From assembly GCF_946222985.1 (NCBI RefSeq), contig NZ_CAMIFY010000002.1:21938-85937 (forward strand): a stretch of 64,000 nt of DNA. Direction: 5' to 3'. Positions 59,639 through 64,000 of this stretch are shown here, piece after piece. This DNA comes from an uncultured Corynebacterium sp. (GTDB lineage: Bacteria; Actinomycetota; Actinomycetes; Mycobacteriales; Mycobacteriaceae). The notes under the pieces were generated by a model that saw nothing but the letters and a program-made list of their open reading frames with translations, was not told the origin of the DNA and searched no databases. How positions within the stretch are numbered: the stretch's first letter is position 1; each line of letters begins with the position of its first letter. The position numbers and the translations under genes are program-made.

Positions 59639-60505
59639 ATGGCGAACGAAATCACCCGCGTCGGCGTCGTCGGCGCCGGTCAGATGGGCTCCGGAATCAT
59701 CGAGGTCTGCGCCAAGGCGGGCAGCGACGTCCTGGTCTGGGAGGCCAAGCAGGAGTACCTCGACGGCGGCAAGGCGCGCATCGAGAAGTCGCTGGACAAG
59801 GCCGTCTCCAAGGGCAAGCTCGAGGAGTCGGCCCGCGACGAGATCCTCGGCCGCATTTCCTGGACGACCTCCTTCGCCGATTTCGCGGACCGCCAGCTGG
59901 TCATCGAGGCGATCGTCGAGAACCCCGAGGTCAAGGCCAGCGTGTTCTCGCAGCTCGACGAGGTCATCGAGGACCCCGACGCCATCCTGGCGTCGAACAC
60001 CTCCTCGCTGCCCATCCAGTCGATCGCCGCGGCCACCAAGCGCCCCGAGCGCGTCATGGGCCTCCACTTCTTCAACCCGGTGCCGGTGCTGCCGCTCGTC
60101 GAGCACGTCGTCACCCTGTCGACCGGCGAGGTCCAGGCCGAGCGCGCCCACGCCTACGCCGCCGAGGCGCTGGGCAAGACGGTCATCAAGGCCACCGACC
60201 GGTCCGGCTTCATCGTCAACGCGCTGCTGGTGCCCTACATCCTCGGCGCGATCCGCATGCTGCAGGACGGCGTGGCCACCAAGGAGGACATCGACGCGGG
60301 CATGGTCAACGGCTGCGCCCACCCGATGGGCCCGCTGACCCTGGCCGACATGGTGGGCCTGGACACCGTCAAGTTCATCGCCGACGCCATGCACGACGAG
60401 TACGCCGAGCCGACCTACGCCGCCCCGCCGCTGCTCAAGCGCATGGTCGAGGCCGGACGCTTCGGCCGCAAGTCGGGCATCGGCTTCTACGACTACTCGA
60501 AGTAG
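59639..60505 (+). CDS. hbd: 3-hydroxybutyryl-CoA / 3-hydroxyacyl-CoA dehydrogenase
   Basis: N-terminal Rossmann VGVVGAGQMGSGIIE, HFFNPVPV, full-length family match. Confidence 0.85.
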   Translation: MANEITRVGVVGAGQMGSGIIEVCAKAGSDVLVWEAKQEYLDGGKARIEKSLDKAVSKGKLEESARDEILGRISWTTSFADFADRQLVIEAIVENPEVKASVFSQLDEVIEDPDAILASNTSSLPIQSIAAATKRPERVMGLHFFNPVPVLPLVEHVVTLSTGEVQAERAHAYAAEALGKTVIKATDRSGFIVNALLVPYILGAIRMLQDGVATKEDIDAGMVNGCAHPMGPLTLADMVGLDTVKFIADAMHDEYAEPTYAAPPLLKRMVEAGRFGRKSGIGFYDYSK

Positions 60506-60532
60506 TCCCGGCGGTTCGATGCTTCGGTCGGC

Positions 60533-60572
60533 GGCCGGGGCGGGGTGGAAACCCCGTCCCGGCCGCTTTTGC
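60533..60572 (+). terminator. rho-independent terminator after hbd
   Basis: ggccggggcggggt-ggaa-accccgtcccggcc hairpin followed by gctttt. Confidence 0.6.
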
Positions 60573-60747
60573 GTTGCCTTTCGTTCACTTTCGGTTTACC
60601 GGGAGGTTGACGAATTGCCGCCATTCGGAAATGAAACCGGGATACGGTGCCGGGGATCCCATGATGACGTCCGCGCACCGTGACGGTGGCGCGAGGCGTC
60701 GGCCGCCCTTCGAGTGATCGAAGCCCCGCAACAGGAGTACCCGCACA

Positions 60748-62187
60748 GTGAAGATCGGTTCCCGCCGTTTCGTCCGCGCCGGCCTGCGTTCCACCGCCGC
60801 CGCGTCCGCCATCGCCCTCACCCTGCCGCTGGCGCCCGTCGCCATCGCCCAGGAAGGGATCCCCGGCCTTCCGTCCGGCGACTCCGCCTCCGGCATCGCC
60901 GACGTGATCCCGGGCATCCCCGGTGCCGTCGCCCCCGAAACCGAGGGCGACGCAGTGCCGGGCGAGGCCGGCGATGCGGTGCCGGGTGCGACCGGTGACG
61001 CACTGCCGGGCATCACCGGCGTTCCCCCGATGGGGCCGCCGAGCTTCCTTCCGTCGGAGATGCGGCCCGAGGTCGACGCCGACGGCGCCCCGGTGCCCGA
61101 GCCGTTCCCCGCCGACTTCATCGCGCGCCCGTTCCAGTCCGACGTCTCCGGAGAAGGCTGGTTCTACCACTCGGTGGTCGATCCCTTCGTCGAGCTGCGG
61201 GAGTCCCATCCCGAGGTCATGGAGCAGAACCTCGACATCGTCGTCGAGATCAACAACGCGGCGAAGGACGATCGCGCCGCCCAGCTCCTGGCGCTGCAGG
61301 ACGATCACGATGATCCGCTGGTCAATCTTTCCGCCGGCTTCGGCGAGCAGCTCGGCGCGCACTTCCGTGCGGCGGTCGAGGAGGGGCGCCTGCCGAAGAT
61401 GACCGCCCTGATGTCGGGCAACCTGGCCCGCGCGGGCGGAGTGGCGTCGTCGACGTTCGCCGAGAAGTACACCTACGGCTACGACCGCCCGTTCGTCGTC
61501 GCCCCCGACCGCATCGAGCGCTACTACCGCGATCAGCCCGGTGACGACGACCCTTACTCGGAGACCCCCGCGTATCCGTCGGGCCACACCAACAAGGCGG
61601 CGTGGACGGCGACCCTGATGTCGCTGATGCTGCCCGAGTTGGCGCCGCAGATTCAGGCGCGTTCCTCCGAGGCCGGCCAGTCCCGCCTCGTCATGGGCGT
61701 GCACTACCCGCTCGACGTCATGGGCGGCCGCATGATGGGCAATCAGGCCGCCGCCGACCGCTGGGCCGACCCGGAATTCCGTCCCCTGATCCAGGCCGCG
61801 GCCGCCGAAGTCCGCGCCGAGCTCGAATGGCGCTGCGGCGGCACGCTGGCCGAGTGCGCCGCCAACGACACCCCGTACATGGATGATGCCGCCGCGGTCG
61901 CGCAGTACACCGAGCGCATGACCTACGGTTTCGACCGCGTCGGCGAGGCCGGCGTCCCGGTGACGGTTCCGGCCGGCTACGCGGGCCTGCTCGAGACGAC
62001 GCACCCGGACCTGACCGAGGAGCAGCGGGTCAAGGTCCTCGAGGCGACGGCGATCGATTCCGGTTTCCCGCTCGACCGCACCGACGGCCGCGCGGCGCAC
62101 GTCCGCATGAACATGGCCGCCGCGATGACCGCCGACGTGACGGTCAACGCCGACGGTTCGCTGACCGTCAACGGCGTGACCGTCTAG
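60748..62187 (+). CDS. secreted PAP2-superfamily acid phosphatase
   Basis: Signal peptide; PAP2 tripartite motif KYTYGYDRP ... PSGHT ... SRLVMGVHYPLDV; N-terminal Pro/Gly GDAVPG repeat linker. Confidence 0.8.
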   Translation: MKIGSRRFVRAGLRSTAAASAIALTLPLAPVAIAQEGIPGLPSGDSASGIADVIPGIPGAVAPETEGDAVPGEAGDAVPGATGDALPGITGVPPMGPPSFLPSEMRPEVDADGAPVPEPFPADFIARPFQSDVSGEGWFYHSVVDPFVELRESHPEVMEQNLDIVVEINNAAKDDRAAQLLALQDDHDDPLVNLSAGFGEQLGAHFRAAVEEGRLPKMTALMSGNLARAGGVASSTFAEKYTYGYDRPFVVAPDRIERYYRDQPGDDDPYSETPAYPSGHTNKAAWTATLMSLMLPELAPQIQARSSEAGQSRLVMGVHYPLDVMGGRMMGNQAAADRWADPEFRPLIQAAAAEVRAELEWRCGGTLAECAANDTPYMDDAAAVAQYTERMTYGFDRVGEAGVPVTVPAGYAGLLETTHPDLTEEQRVKVLEATAIDSGFPLDRTDGRAAHVRMNMAAAMTADVTVNADGSLTVNGVTV

Positions 62188-62262
62188 CCCGAGCCAGTTC
62201 GGGCTGGTCCGGGCCCGTTTGGCCCGGTCCGGGCCAGTTTGGCCCGGTTCGGGGCTCCGGCC
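62188..62262. terminator. three tandem stem-loops between convergent genes
   Basis: gcccga-gccagt-tcgggc, ccgggcc-cgttt-ggcccgg, ccgggcc-agttt-ggcccgg (last two form a direct repeat). Confidence 0.5.
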
Positions 62263-63420
62263 CTAGTTGCCCAACGCGGCCGCGATCCGGTCGAGGGCCT
62301 CGCCGAGGATCTCCGGCGACGTGGCGAAGTTCAGGCGCACGTGACCGGCGCCCTCCTCACCGAAGGCCGGCCCCGGGTTCAGGGCGACCTTCGCGTTCTT
62401 GAGCAGCCACTTCTGCGGTTCGACGGGCGCACCGTCGGCGTCGACGATGCCCTCGACGTCCCGGAAGTCGATCCAGGCCAGGTACGACGCGCGCGGGGCG
62501 ACGATCTTCGCGCCGGGGGCGATCTCCGGGAGCCGGCGGACGATCGTGTCGCGGTTGGCGCGCAGCACCTCGCGGAACGAATCCAGCCAGGCGCCGCCGT
62601 CGCGGTAGGCGGCGGTGGCGGCGACGAGACCGAGCGTCGACGCGCCCTCCTTGATGACGTGGGCCAACCCGCGCCAGGTGGCGTCGTCGGATTCGTTGAG
62701 GATGATCTGCGCGCACTTCAGGCCGGCGGTGTTCCAGCCCTTCGACGTCGCGGTGACCGTGACGGTGACCTTGGCCGCGGTGTCGGAGACGGAGGCGGTG
62801 GGCACGTGCCGGCCGTCGAGGACGACGGGTGCGTGGATCTCGTCGGAGATGATCCGCGCGTCGTGGCGGTCGGCGATCTCGGCGAGTTCGCGCAGGACCT
62901 CCGGGTCGTAGGTGAAGCCCAGCGGGTTGTTCGGGTTGCACAGGATCAGGCAACCGGCGCCATCGGCGAACGCCTTCTCCACGGCGGCGGGGTCCGGCCC
63001 CGTCGGGGTGGTGGGCACGTGCACGGTGTCGCGGTCGGCGGCGGGGCCGACCTCGAAGAACGGCATGTAGGCCGGGGTCGGCAACACGATCGCCGATCCC
63101 GGGCGGGTCAGGTACCGCACGGCCAGGACCACGCCGCGCACGACGTCGGCGACCGGGTGGATGAAGTCCGGGTTGATCTCGTGGCCGTAGCGGTCGGCCG
63201 ACCAGGCGGCGGTGGCCTCGGCGAGATCCGCGACGCTGCGGCGCGGGTAACCGAGGTACTCGCGGTCGACGGCCTCGCGCACGGCCTCGAAGACCGCGGG
63301 GCACGTCTCCGCGTCGGATTCGGCGACCCACAGGGGCAGGACGTCGTCCGGGTAGGTGGTCCACTTGAGCGTGCCGCGGGCGCGCAGGGTGTCGATGTCG
63401 GGGAAGGTCACGTCAGTCAT
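62263..63420 (-). CDS. MalY/PatB-type pyridoxal-phosphate-dependent C-S lyase (aminotransferase class I/II)
   Basis: Fold-type I aminotransferase with PLP Lys region TVTATSKGWNTAGLKCA; ATG 63420. Confidence 0.75.
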   Translation of the reverse strand: MTDVTFPDIDTLRARGTLKWTTYPDDVLPLWVAESDAETCPAVFEAVREAVDREYLGYPRRSVADLAEATAAWSADRYGHEINPDFIHPVADVVRGVVLAVRYLTRPGSAIVLPTPAYMPFFEVGPAADRDTVHVPTTPTGPDPAAVEKAFADGAGCLILCNPNNPLGFTYDPEVLRELAEIADRHDARIISDEIHAPVVLDGRHVPTASVSDTAAKVTVTVTATSKGWNTAGLKCAQIILNESDDATWRGLAHVIKEGASTLGLVAATAAYRDGGAWLDSFREVLRANRDTIVRRLPEIAPGAKIVAPRASYLAWIDFRDVEGIVDADGAPVEPQKWLLKNAKVALNPGPAFGEEGAGHVRLNFATSPEILGEALDRIAAALGN

Positions 63421-63466
63421 GCGGGCCACGATACACCCGGAAAAAGCGCGAAGTAGACCGAGGGGT

Positions 63467-64000
63467 CTAGTTGCTTGCGCCGCGCAATTCGAGCGCCTCG
63501 AGGGCCGCATCGACGGCCGCCTCGCGGTCGGATTCGACCAACCCGATCCGGCTGCGGCGATCGAGGACGTCGCCCACGTCGAGTGCGCCTTCGCGGGTGA
63601 CGTGCCAGGCGAACTCCGCCCGCACCACGTCGATGCCCGGGGCCACGGGGTCGAGGGGCCGATCCAGCGGGCAGGCGGCGACGACCGCGGCGGCTTCCGC
63701 GCCGTGCCGGAGGATCAGGGACTCCGGAATCGGTCCGTCGGCGGCGGGGCCGCTCTCGTCGTCGGCGCCCGGGGCGCCGACCAACGGCACCGTCGCCGTC
63801 GTGCACTCGGCGAAGGAGCCGCCGCGGCCCGCGACGACCCGCTCGACGACCCGATCCACCGCCTCCTGCGCCATCAGCCGGTACTCGGTGAGCTTGCCAC
63901 CGGTCACCGTGATCAGGCCGTCGTCGCCGACCAGGATCGCGTGATCGCGGGAGAGGTCGGCGGTGTCTCCGTCGCCGGCGTCGATCAGCGGGCGCAATCC
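63467..64000 (-). CDS. glpD: glycerol-3-phosphate dehydrogenase (FAD-dependent), C-terminal part; gene continues beyond window
   Basis: GlpD C-terminal alpha-glycerophosphate oxidase domain; ORF open at window edge. Confidence 0.6.
   Translation of the reverse strand, partial: GLRPLIDAGDGDTADLSRDHAILVGDDGLITVTGGKLTEYRLMAQEAVDRVVERVVAGRGGSFAECTTATVPLVGAPGADDESGPAADGPIPESLILRHGAEAAAVVAACPLDRPLDPVAPGIDVVRAEFAWHVTREGALDVGDVLDRRSRIGLVESDREAAVDAALEALELRGASN

Overview
High-GC (about 70%) chromosomal segment, most likely from a Mycobacteriales/Corynebacteriales actinobacterium. The ispH ... ychF arrangement mirrors M. tuberculosis Rv1110-Rv1112, here interrupted by three transporter genes. I support about 65 protein-coding genes. 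I found no rRNA, tRNA, CRISPR array, transposase or integrase, and I searched for none systematically. Main blocks: (1) ispH, an AI-2E transporter, an NSS-family Na+-dependent transporter with a MetS-like small subunit missed by the ORF track, and ychF. (2) A MerR-linked redox/hydrolase module (alpha/beta hydrolase, F420/NADP-type reductase, luciferase-like monooxygenase). (3) An acyltransferase-rich block: YtoQ, serine hydrolase, VOC protein, a degenerate cytidine-deaminase-like-ASCH fusion, a tandem GNAT, an alpha/beta hydrolase, a condensation-domain-GNAT fusion and a lipoprotein. (4) ArfB, then a PTS locus made of an EIIB-EIIC permease carrying an extra Cys-less EIIB-like domain and a fused EIIA(Glc)-HPr-EI phosphotransfer protein. 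(5) A stress/detox block: VOC, MscS, DJ-1/PfpI, TetR plus an OYE flavin reductase, an FNT channel, a tocopherol-cyclase-like protein, a PQQ-type sugar dehydrogenase, FUSC, TspO-like, SDR, GuaB1-like and a PIG-L deacetylase. (6) An eight-gene Mrp-type cation/proton antiporter-like cluster in a non-canonical order (F-G-MnhB-like-C-D-D-D-E) with three ND5/MrpD-like subunits, followed by zupT and ychJ. (7) DUF808, DUF4442, nicotinamidase, a CD225/dispanin plus DUF2752 pair, a gamma-carbonic-anhydrase-like protein, YoaK, a BCCT transporter, a three-gene overlapping DUF1023-ABM-lipoprotein operon, a 3-hydroxybutyryl-CoA dehydrogenase, a secreted PAP2 acid phosphatase, a PatB/MalY-type C-S lyase and the 3' end of glpD. 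Many long ORFs in the track are antisense high-GC artefacts and are rejected. Product calls rest on motif and domain recognition by eye, not on database searches. Starts were placed by codon arithmetic from the track and are approximate.
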